24,358 bases of DNA from Symploca sp. SIO1C2. Lineage in GTDB: Bacteria; Cyanobacteriota; Cyanobacteriia; Cyanobacteriales; Coleofasciculaceae. The position numbers and the translations under genes are program-made. A model generated the notes under the pieces. The model saw only the letters and a program-made list of their open reading frames with translations. It had not been told where the DNA came from and searched no databases. The stretch spans positions 1-24,358 of the forward strand of contig JAAHFP010000079.1 of assembly GCA_010672925.1 (NCBI GenBank). The letters are read 5' to 3'. Below, one piece after another: positions 7,200 to 14,418 of this stretch. The number at the start of each line of letters is the position of its first letter. The stretch's first letter is position 1.

Positions 7200-7874
7200 A
7201 TGACGATAAGTCTACTCACTAGGGTAACATGTTCCGTCTGTTCTTCGATAAGTGAACAACCAGTAATAACGAGAACAAATATATTAGGCGGCTCTACAGG
7301 TCTAGATACCAGACCACCAGAGATGGTACACTCATCTATCCATTACCCCATTCAAGTATGTCCCAATTGTGGCTACTGTTGCCATAACCTTGCCGAGGAG
7401 TATTCTCAGGCAGCGGAAATTGTTACCAGTAAAACCTATCAAACTCAACTGAAAAATCCTGATTATCCAGAGTTAGCCAACTGGTTTCTCTGCTATGCCA
7501 TGATCCAGAAACAAGCAGGAGAAATTGCCCAGGCTGGATGGGCAAGTTTACAGGCGGCTTGGGTTTGCGATGATGCCAGCAACGATAAAGCTGCACAAAA
7601 GATTCGTCAGCAAGCAGCAGCATTATTTCAAAAAGCGATCGCTAGAGGGGAGAATATTGACAGAGAACCCATCACTAAAGAGGTTATCTTAATTGACATC
7701 TACAGAAGGTGCGGTGATTTTAATGCCGCAGGTAAGATCTGTGCCAATGCTCTGCGGCAAAAGTCAACAGGTATCCAGGTTAAGCTAGTAGAGTACGAAC
7801 ATCAACTGCTACGCAAACAAGATAAGGGTTGTCATACACTTGAAGAAGCGATTAAGGTTATTTCAGTTTGTTAG
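7200..7874 (+). CDS. Zinc-ribbon protein with helical C-terminal half (DUF2225-like, tentative)
   Basis: CSVC...(45 aa)...CPNCGYCC pattern followed by a helical TPR-like region. AGGAGG lies 7 nt upstream of ATG 7200. The stop TAG (7872-7874) lies inside the first STRR unit. Confidence 0.55.
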   Translation: MTISLLTRVTCSVCSSISEQPVITRTNILGGSTGLDTRPPEMVHSSIHYPIQVCPNCGYCCHNLAEEYSQAAEIVTSKTYQTQLKNPDYPELANWFLCYAMIQKQAGEIAQAGWASLQAAWVCDDASNDKAAQKIRQQAAALFQKAIARGENIDREPITKEVILIDIYRRCGDFNAAGKICANALRQKSTGIQVKLVEYEHQLLRKQDKGCHTLEEAIKVISVC

Positions 7875-7956
7875 GTGGTAGGTGGTAGGTAGTAGGTAGT
7901 AGGTTTTAGGTGTTCGGATTCTAAAATCTAAAATCTAAAATCTAAAATCTAAAATC
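7873..7956. repeat. Two adjoining STRR arrays: (GGTRGTA)n 7873-7913 and (TCTAAAA)n 7920-7956
   Basis: Read directly. They fill the whole spacer between the convergent genes. Confidence 0.9.
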
Positions 7957-7963
7957 TCCATTC

Positions 7964-9298
7964 TTAATTCCCAAAAGCATTATCCCATACATAATCAATA
8001 ACTTGCTTAGACTGTTCGAGGGGGAGAAGCCGACAGCGGTTCTGCTCATCCAATGATAAGAGGGGTTGATCTTCAACTAAGTGATCAGCTTGCGTGAAAT
8101 CTCCTCGGATGTTAGCAAGGTTATTCAATGGACCTTGGATATCGAAGTCGATTTTAGTACCAAATTTTTCATCCATCCATTCTTCAACCTGATCGTCAAG
8201 TTCTTCAGGTGTGAGGGGGCGATCGCTGGTAAGTAAATGGTAATATACCAGCAGAATTTCCTTAGTTTCTTCCTCTTCAGCAAAATCGATCAGGGTGCTG
8301 AGGGCACTAGTGTTGCTGGCAATATTACGAAAGAAGAGTGTATCGGTTACATCTTTCTGAAATTTAATTTTTTTGTTCTGATACTTAGCATATTGCTGGA
8401 AGCTAAAGCCGCCCAAAGTTATCAGTAGAGAGAGGACTGCTAAAAGCAGGGGAGCAAGGTCTTTAACAGTGTCTGCGTCTGCTCTGAGAGCTGCAATATC
8501 CACAGGACGGCCAAGGGTCAGGAAGCCAATAACGCCAATGATTAAGAGCATTTGAGGTGCAACCTTTAACAACAGAGGAATGGCTGCACCAATTGCAGGA
8601 ACACCAAGCAACAGGCGATCCTTCCAAGTCATACTAGTTTTGATGTTGGGAAAGAGGAATTCGAGATCCGGTTTGGGAACATTTTGATAGTAGTAGACGT
8701 AAGCTTTGCCGGGGATAAACTTAAGTTTGCTGACATCAACGTTTTTTTCTTCAAAGTAAGTAGCGTCTTTAAATCGCAAGAAAACAAAAATCTGTTTAAG
8801 GATGTCTAATTCGATTTCTTTGTGCCAAAACCAACGTTTAGTTTTAATGGTTTGAGTTATATCGCCACGATAATAGAAAATAATTTGTTCAAACTCATTA
8901 AAATCAATATCTGTTTTGAGGTCAATGAGAGACTTTACTTTAAAAGCGCGTTGCAGAAACTCCTGGGTGAGGGGAATGTAATTGGCACGTTCTAGAACTT
9001 CGGTGACAGCTACAATAAGTTCTGCCTCCATCTGTTGCACTTCTTCCGGGTTAGGGTGATGGACAACTTTGGTAACAGAATCGGGGTTGAAGGGCTCAAA
9101 ATTGTATTTAATCGTTTCTAAGTAACTGTGAAACTGGAAGTGATAGTAAGCTGAAAGAATATTGCAAAATTCGCGGAAGGTCGCTTGTTGGTCAATGGAA
9201 AGACGACCATCGGAAATACATAGATCGATAAGATCACTGCGACGGTAGGGGATATAGGCTTCGCGATCATCGTATACTGCCATTGATTTCATGGGCAA
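7964..9298 (-). CDS. Conserved membrane protein (DUF3754/TMEM143-like, tentative)
   Basis: Soluble N-terminal ~225 aa; 2-3 TM helices (LLLGVPAIGAAIPLLL, MLLIIGVIGFLTLG, LAPLLLAVLSLLITLGGF); acidic C-terminal domain (AEEEETKEILLVYYHLL...IDFDIQGPLNNL). The track start is TTG 9298. ATG at 9292-9290 (MKSMAVY) is more likely. Confidence 0.6.
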   Translation of the reverse strand: MPMKSMAVYDDREAYIPYRRSDLIDLCISDGRLSIDQQATFREFCNILSAYYHFQFHSYLETIKYNFEPFNPDSVTKVVHHPNPEEVQQMEAELIVAVTEVLERANYIPLTQEFLQRAFKVKSLIDLKTDIDFNEFEQIIFYYRGDITQTIKTKRWFWHKEIELDILKQIFVFLRFKDATYFEEKNVDVSKLKFIPGKAYVYYYQNVPKPDLEFLFPNIKTSMTWKDRLLLGVPAIGAAIPLLLKVAPQMLLIIGVIGFLTLGRPVDIAALRADADTVKDLAPLLLAVLSLLITLGGFSFQQYAKYQNKKIKFQKDVTDTLFFRNIASNTSALSTLIDFAEEEETKEILLVYYHLLTSDRPLTPEELDDQVEEWMDEKFGTKIDFDIQGPLNNLANIRGDFTQADHLVEDQPLLSLDEQNRCRLLPLEQSKQVIDYVWDNAFGN

Positions 9299-9335
9299 CA
9301 GGGAACAGGGAACAGGGAATAGGGAACAGGGAAAA
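9297..9335. repeat. STRR heptamer array (GGGAACA)n
   Basis: Read directly. On the minus strand it reads (CCCTGTT)n and abuts the start codon of the 7964..9298 gene. Confidence 0.9.
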
Positions 9336-9380
9336 GCCTACTTTCATCACCATAATGGCGAAATTTTTTCATTGGTACTA

Positions 9381-9413
9381 CCTTCTGCCTCCTGCCTCCT
9401 GCCTTCTGCCTCT
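9381..9413. repeat. STRR heptamer array (CTGCCTC/CTGCCTT)n
   Basis: Read directly. The same family occurs at 18369-18402, and its complement at 10473-10510. Confidence 0.9.
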
Positions 9414-9469
9414 TGTAAATGGCTCACTTTACCATAGAATGATCAGCGAACCTTAACAAATTAACAGCA

Positions 9470-9919
9470 ATGCAGGTAGTATTCCGCGAATTTAACCCTT
9501 TTGACTTGTGGATTTGGCTAGAGTTTAGCACTGTTCCCTCCTCAATGGAAAAGGAATACGTGGAAGAGGTCTTCAATTCTTGGTTTTTCTTAGGTAAACT
9601 CGGAGGATTTGATGCGGAAAGCCTCCAGGTTCAAGAAGTGGGCTTAGAGATCAGCTACATGGACTATGACCACAGCAGAGCCGATCGCAGCATGATGGCT
9701 CTGATGCATAATAAGGGAGAGTTTGACTATTTGGGGACTTGGGGGCGCTGTTGGTTTGACCTCGGCACTAGTGATGCGATCGCTCTTGATATCTTGATCA
9801 ACTCTCTCCAGCAGCTGTCTGAGGAGTATGTTCGTATTGAACGACTACTCATCGGTGGACAAAATGAGGATTGGTCAATAGAAGAGCATCGGCAATCCCT
9901 ATTCTATGAAGGTCAGTAA
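9470..9919 (+). CDS. Conserved cyanobacterial/plastid-lineage hypothetical protein (DUF3531-like, tentative)
   Basis: FREFNPFDLWIWLEF...SWFFLGKLGGFD resembles my recollection of DUF3531. Clean 149-aa ORF with no repeat content. Confidence 0.6.
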   Translation: MQVVFREFNPFDLWIWLEFSTVPSSMEKEYVEEVFNSWFFLGKLGGFDAESLQVQEVGLEISYMDYDHSRADRSMMALMHNKGEFDYLGTWGRCWFDLGTSDAIALDILINSLQQLSEEYVRIERLLIGGQNEDWSIEEHRQSLFYEGQ

Positions 9920-9997
9920 GAGGTAACATCAAGTTCGGTTTAATATTTATCGATAGGGCTGACGCGGGGACGCGGAGAAAATTAGGCGGATATGATA

Positions 9998-10426
9998 TTA
10001 TTCCGGCAACCAATCGCCGAGAATTTGCTCAGTAGAGTAGGGGCAAGTGGGTGGAAATTTTGCCTTATCCAACCTAGTTTGTCTTGCTGCCTCTCGACAT
10101 GCTCTTCGATATTCCTTGTCAAGAATTTCGTCTGGGTAGTGTTTTAGGCTGGGACTATCCTCAATTTTGCGACGAATTTGTGAACGACCATCATTAATTG
10201 AATCTAACCAGCTATCAGAACGACGTTGGGGTTGATATTCCCACTTCAACAAATGAAGCATAACACGTTCCATCTGGGAGCCAATGGCACTACGTTCACT
10301 TTTCCCCAAATCCTCTACCTCTTCAATTAGATGCTCCCAATCAACTTCTTCCCATCGTTTCTCTCGAAGGAGATGAGCAGTGTGTTTTGCCCATGCCGTT
10401 AAATCGGTGTTGTAGGTTACTAACAT
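9998..10426 (-). CDS. DUF29 family protein
   Basis: YNTDLTAWAKHTAHLLREKRWEEVDWEHLIEEVEDLGKSERSAIGSQMERVMLHLLKWEYQP matches the DUF29 signature (DWENLIEEIEDLG...HLLKW.YQP). Confidence 0.85.
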   Translation of the reverse strand: MLVTYNTDLTAWAKHTAHLLREKRWEEVDWEHLIEEVEDLGKSERSAIGSQMERVMLHLLKWEYQPQRRSDSWLDSINDGRSQIRRKIEDSPSLKHYPDEILDKEYRRACREAARQTRLDKAKFPPTCPYSTEQILGDWLPE

Positions 10427-10472
10427 GCTTCATATCATATCCGGTTGAATACTTACACGAAGAGTGAAAACA

Positions 10473-10510
10473 AGGCAGAGGGCAGAAGGCAGAAGGCAGA
10501 AGGCAGAAGG
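10473..10510. repeat. STRR heptamer array (GGCAGAA/GGCAGAG)n
   Basis: Read directly. The minus strand reads (TTCTGCC)n, about 47 nt upstream of the DUF29 ATG. Confidence 0.9.
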
Positions 10511-10552
10511 GAAAGAAGAAAGTTGCAAGGTAGAAGGAGACAGATCGTCTTT

Positions 10553-10652
10553 CTCCCCCAGCTTCCTCAGCTCCCCCAGCTTCCCCAGCTCCCCCAGCTT
10601 CCCCAGCTTCCCCAGCTTCCCCAGCTTCCTCAGCTTCCCACACTTCCCACCC
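10553..10652 (-). repeat. 8/9-mer array (CAGCTTCCC/CAGCTCCCC)n; the minus strand carries GGGG(G) runs spaced 4-5 nt apart
   Basis: C4-5 runs at 10555, 10573, 10583, 10591, 10601, 10610 and 10619. The overlapping ORFs (10341..10643, 10445..10699, 10464..10667) are repeat artefacts. Confidence 0.9.
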
Positions 10653-10663
10653 TTTTTTTTCGC

Positions 10664-12274
10664 TTAAGGCTCTTGCAGTATCCTTACCTGATTATCTAAG
10701 TCTAGTTGTACCTGATTATCCAAACCTAATTGTGGTGCGGCTTGAGCCACTTGTAGGGCTCTGATAAATTGAGCTAGGGAATATTCTAGATGGCTTCCCG
10801 CATCTACAGCTACCCAACCATCAGAGGTTAAATGTCGCCATTCAAAATGTAGGTGAGGACCGGTAGAACGTCCAGTGCTGCCGACACGCCCAATTACACT
10901 GCCTTGCTTTACTTGTTCACCAGGTCGAACAAAGATTTCAGAAAGGTGGGCATAGCGGCTTTCTTGAGTATTTTCTTCATGGCGCATAATTACCATTAGA
11001 CCATAGCCACCAGCAAAGTCAGCATATTTCACCTCACCGGAAGCAGCGGCAACTACAGGTGTCCCTTGAGGGGCTCCAATGTCAGTCCCAGAATGGAAGC
11101 GGGAGTCACCGGTAAAAGGATCAAGCCGCCAGCCAAAGACAGAACCAATAGCAGCGGGAATCGTTAGGGGAAACATAAACTTGGATTTGCCAATACTAGG
11201 ACGTCCTGCTGGGCGATTGGTAAGATTGTAGTAAGCTAGGCCAGATTGTGGTGCTTTTTGTCTGATAGCTATCCTGTTTGAGGGAGGCTTACTAGCAACA
11301 TTAGTATTAACTTTGGCTCGATTTAGAGGCAGACCACTGATACTGTTAGTATTAACCCTAACTCGATTCAAGGATGGACTACTGGTATTATTGGTCTTAA
11401 CTTTCACTGCTCCAGTTGCGACCGGTTGCACATTGTTGACCGGTTGAGCTCTAGCGACAGGTGGTATAGGAAGTTTTGCTCTGTTTACTATGGAACTTGG
11501 CGGTGATGGAGGAAGGGTTGGTTTGTTATTTGCAGTAGGTTGACTAGCTGCAGGAACACCACAGGAGCTACCGGAAAGTTGACCGCTTTGGGATACCGTT
11601 GAACAGCCAGTTGACCTTTCAGTAAGAATGACTGAAGTAGGCTTATTGTCGCGACTAGTTGAAGCAATATTGTTGTCAGTATTGTCAATATCGCTATTTT
11701 GAGGAGCAAGATGAATTTGAGCACTCCCTTGAGTGGGAGGATTAACCAGGGGTTGAGATGGCTGCGCTACCTCAGCACTTGGAGGTACTTGCAAGTTAGG
11801 GGCAGCTATAAGTGACTTTTTCGGTGCTGGTGCTGCTAAAGGTCCTGGTGCAGGAAGTGGGGCTGCTACCAGTTTTGGTGCAGGAGATGAGTCTGCTACT
11901 GGTTCTGGTGCAGGAGACGGGGCTGGTGCAGGAGATGAGGCTGCTACTGGTTTTGGTGCAGGAGATGAGTCTGCTACCGGTTCTGGGGTCGGAGATGGAA
12001 CTGCCGCCGGTGCAGGAGATGAGTCTGCTGCCGGGGCTGGAGAAGGAGACGGGGCTACTGCAGGAGGTGATGCTGCTGCCGTTGCTGCTACTGGGGCAGG
12101 AGTTCCTGCATCTACAAATGAATCAGTTTGAGCAACAACCATACTGCTGCTGAGGAAACCGAAACCACCAATCAAACTCAGTACCCGCATCAACAGAGGA
12201 AACTTGTAAAAAAGACTTGAGGGGGTGTAACTAGAAGAGGATTTTTCTACCATTTCCGACTCACTACTCATCAC
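10664..12274 (-). CDS. M23 (LytM-type) peptidase with Pro/Ala/Ser-rich N-terminal region
   Basis: HSGTDIGAPQGTPVVAAASGEV...GYGLMVIMRH...YAHLSEI...GSTGRSTGPHLHFEWRH are M23 metal-binding motifs. PAPS-rich repeats (SSPAPxPVA). Start ambiguous: GTG 12274, ATG 12271, or the Met of MRVLSLIGGFGFLSSSMVVAQ, which looks like the signal peptide. Confidence 0.93.
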   Translation of the reverse strand: MMSSESEMVEKSSSSYTPSSLFYKFPLLMRVLSLIGGFGFLSSSMVVAQTDSFVDAGTPAPVAATAAASPPAVAPSPSPAPAADSSPAPAAVPSPTPEPVADSSPAPKPVAASSPAPAPSPAPEPVADSSPAPKLVAAPLPAPGPLAAPAPKKSLIAAPNLQVPPSAEVAQPSQPLVNPPTQGSAQIHLAPQNSDIDNTDNNIASTSRDNKPTSVILTERSTGCSTVSQSGQLSGSSCGVPAASQPTANNKPTLPPSPPSSIVNRAKLPIPPVARAQPVNNVQPVATGAVKVKTNNTSSPSLNRVRVNTNSISGLPLNRAKVNTNVASKPPSNRIAIRQKAPQSGLAYYNLTNRPAGRPSIGKSKFMFPLTIPAAIGSVFGWRLDPFTGDSRFHSGTDIGAPQGTPVVAAASGEVKYADFAGGYGLMVIMRHEENTQESRYAHLSEIFVRPGEQVKQGSVIGRVGSTGRSTGPHLHFEWRHLTSDGWVAVDAGSHLEYSLAQFIRALQVAQAAPQLGLDNQVQLDLDNQVRILQEP

Positions 12275-12425
12275 TCACTATGCCTACTATCCTAGGCTCG
12301 AATCCCAAAGATTGTCCAAGAGGTGATAACAGGGGGAAAAAGGAGACCAGGTTTCGCAATTTCTATGTATAGCAATTCTACGACTTGTGAGGTACATCTT
12401 GATCCCCCTAAATCCCCCTTAAAAA

Positions 12426-12561
12426 GGGGGACTTTGAGAAAAGGGGGACTTTGAGAAAAGGGGGACTTTGAGAAAAGGGGGACTTTGAGAAAAGGGGGAC
12501 TTTGAGAAAAGGGGGACTTTGAGAAAAGGGGGACTTTGAGAAAAGGGGGACTTTGAGAAAA
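12426..12561. repeat. Perfect 17-bp tandem repeat x8 (GGGGGACTTTGAGAAAA)
   Basis: GGGGG starts at 12426, 12443, 12460, 12477, 12494, 12511, 12528 and 12545. Preceded by the hairpin tccccc-ttaaaaa-ggggga. ORF 12408..12626 is an artefact of it. Confidence 0.95.
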
Positions 12562-12624
12562 GAGTTTACCTTATGAGCCCATGAAAATTCATATGTCATG
12601 ACTTTTAATTTTTGGTATAACCTC

Positions 12625-12666
12625 AATTCTAAATTCTAAATTCTAAATTCTAAATTCTAAATTCTC
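12625..12666. repeat. STRR heptamer array (AATTCTA)n overlapping the birA stop codon
   Basis: Five perfect units plus one partial. The birA stop (cta at 12657-12659, TAG on the minus strand) and its last two codons lie inside the array. Confidence 0.9.
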
Positions 12667-13457
12667 CCGCTATATCCCAAACTAAATGTACCTGGTTTCA
12701 GACAAATTTCTGAGGAGTTGAAACTGACTTGTAGCTCACCTGTAGGGGTAACCCCTGTAATGATTCCCGGTTGGCCATCTACTATAACCTGACTTCCCAG
12801 GTGATGTAAAAGCTCTAGGTAAGAGGGCAGCAAACTTTCTATGCCAAATTCTAACCAATATTGGTATCCAGATAACAGTCCTTCGAGGACAATTGCTGCC
12901 AACATTTCTAGGGATGTTACTTGGGGATTTAACTGTTGTTGGCAAAAAGATTGTAAATTGATACCAGATTCAGGTACTGTATTGCTCCAGTTAATACCAA
13001 TACCGATAACAGCTTTGGTAACCAGATTTCTCTGAACACGGGTTTCCGTAAGAATGCCCCCTAATTTAAACTCTAACAGGAGCAAATCATTAGGCCATTT
13101 AAGCAAAACAGGGATACCGTAACTTCTCAAAGCTCTAGCAATTCCCCAAGCACTACACAAAGTTAGGTGAGCACTGTTGGATGCTTGAAGCTGGGGAGCT
13201 AAAGCTACAGATAAGTATAGTCCACCAAGACCCGATTGCCATTGCCGTCCCCGTTGTCCCCTTCCTGCGGTTTGTTGAGCGGCAATAACTGCTCTGGGTA
13301 TGGTTGCTCCCTGGTTGAGCAATTCCCACAGGGTTTGATTTGTAGAAGACAGAGTGTCAAATATATGTAGGGGTATAGTGGGAAATTTGCTCTGTAGAGA
13401 TAGTTGTTGCCTAACTTGTTGGAGAGCAGTTTTGAACTGGGTTTGATTAAAGCTCAC
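12657..13457 (-). CDS. birA: Biotin--[acetyl-CoA-carboxylase] ligase (no N-terminal HTH)
   Basis: QTAGRGQRGRQWQS (GRGRxGRxW biotin/ATP loop), LYLSV, KWPNDLLL. Length 266 aa. Confidence 0.92.
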   Translation of the reverse strand: MSFNQTQFKTALQQVRQQLSLQSKFPTIPLHIFDTLSSTNQTLWELLNQGATIPRAVIAAQQTAGRGQRGRQWQSGLGGLYLSVALAPQLQASNSAHLTLCSAWGIARALRSYGIPVLLKWPNDLLLLEFKLGGILTETRVQRNLVTKAVIGIGINWSNTVPESGINLQSFCQQQLNPQVTSLEMLAAIVLEGLLSGYQYWLEFGIESLLPSYLELLHHLGSQVIVDGQPGIITGVTPTGELQVSFNSSEICLKPGTFSLGYSGRI

Positions 13458-13534
13458 ATTTTTTCTGGTAATGAGTAATAAGCAGTAGTAGGACTTCAGT
13501 CCAAAAAGAAGCCAGAAACAATCGTCAGGTTATC

Positions 13535-13601
13535 GCTAGGGCGGGTTTTGTAGTTAAATTATCGCTATTACCGCTAATTATCTGGCTAAACCCGCCCCTA
13601 C
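13535..13601 (+). mobile_element. MITE-like ~65-bp hairpin element, copy C
   Basis: gctagggcgggttttg...ggctaaacccgcccctac. Same ends and orientation as copy B. Confidence 0.7.
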
Positions 13602-13654
13602 AAATTCATAAATTTTATTCTCAATTTCCAACTCTCCATTCTTCATTCTCAATT

Positions 13655-13906
13655 CTACATTCCTCTGTGGAACAGGCTTCTAGCCTGTGGTGTCTTCTCA
13701 AGCAGATTCAATATATTCACAAAGAGAGTTGGTTGAGGAATGGGAAGCCCTTCCTCTGCTAAACCATCCAAATGAAAAGCGATCGCTTCTTTGATCTGCT
13801 GTTGTATCTCTTCAATTGTCGCACCTGTTGCCACACATCCCGGCAAATCTGGAACATAGGCTGAATAATTACTCTCTAGCTTTTCAATCACAATCCCATA
13901 ACGCAT
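13655..13906 (-). CDS. hicB: HicB-family antitoxin (UPF0150-type) with repeat-derived C-terminal tail
   Basis: MRYGIVIEKLESNYSAYVPDLPGCVATGATIEEIQQQIKEAIAFHLDGLAEEGLPIPQP is a typical HicB core. AGGAGA lies upstream. The last 12 codons (TPQARSLFHRGM) are encoded by hairpin element H2. Confidence 0.75.
   Translation of the reverse strand: MRYGIVIEKLESNYSAYVPDLPGCVATGATIEEIQQQIKEAIAFHLDGLAEEGLPIPQPTLFVNILNLLEKTPQARSLFHRGM
13667..13688 (-). repeat. GTGGAAC-hairpin element copy H2
   Basis: gtggaacaggc-ttcta-gcctgt, 6-bp stem, inside the 3' end of hicB. Confidence 0.7.
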
Positions 13907-14317
13907 TACTATTCTTCTCCTACTTAGGATATTTTATTGGTTGCAATTTTCGTGCTTTTTGGCTATTATTTTAATAATGGAATAGGTGTGCGCATGTAAG
14001 GTACAAATTACTACTGCTGACTTCAAAAAACATTTTAGCAAATGTGAGTTGGGGTTACGAAGCATAACCCAACAGCGAGTTCTGGCTCTGGATATCAATT
14101 CTGGGAAATACACGGTTTGCGATCACTTTCAGCACTAGCTTCGCTCATCGCTAGACCGTTTTGATAATACCAATTACCGAAAGTTGCTAGATACTCAAAG
14201 CCTTGAAATCAAGACATACCGATGATTCATTTCAACTAAGTTTCCAGCTACTTTTTGTAAATGGTATAAGTTCGCAACACATCAAAAAAAAGCACTAAAT
14301 TCAATCATCAGTTTCCT

Positions 14318-14339
14318 GTGGAACAGGCATCTTGCCTGT
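14318..14339 (-). repeat. GTGGAAC-hairpin element copy H3
   Basis: gtggaacaggca-tct-tgcctgt, 7-bp stem, about 80-100 nt downstream of the caspase-STAND stop. Confidence 0.7.
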
Positions 14340-14392
14340 CTGACGTCTCCCCCTATCTGTTGCATCTGTCTCAACTACTATCTTTGAATGCA

Positions 14393-14418
14393 AATGGGTA
14401 TCTCAGCAATTACCCATT
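14393..14418 (-). terminator. Possible terminator hairpin abutting the caspase-STAND stop codon
   Basis: aatgggta (14393-14400) pairs with tacccatt (14411-14418): perfect 8-bp stem with a 10-nt loop. On the minus strand it is followed by TTGCATTC, so the U-tract is weak. Confidence 0.35.

Noticed and set aside
10341-10699. ORFs 10341..10643 (-), 10445..10699 (+) and 10464..10667 (+)
   Set aside because: All three are translations of the GGCAGAA and CAGCTTCCC arrays (AGEAGEAG, LPQLPQLPQ). 10341..10643 also overlaps the well-supported DUF29 gene.
11488-12153. ORFs 11488..11724 (-) and 11812..12153 (+) inside the M23 peptidase gene
   Set aside because: They are alternative or antisense frames of the Pro/Ala/Ser-rich repeat region. 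The peptidase frame is validated by its C-terminal catalytic motifs.
12408-12626. 72-aa ORF with KVPLFSKSPFSQSPPFL repeats; also considered as a CRISPR-like array
   Set aside because: It is a product of the 17-bp x8 repeat read with a 51-nt periodicity. The units are contiguous with no spacers, so it is not a CRISPR array, and a 17-nt unit is not under coding constraint.
13907-14100. Possible degenerate hicA upstream of hicB
   Set aside because: Hand translation of all three minus-strand frames gave only short peptides (e.g. MFFEVSSSNLYLTCAHLFHY, PKSTKIATNKIS) with no convincing HicA motifs (GSH...H, GTL..IL). It is left as an open question in the findings rather than called as a feature.
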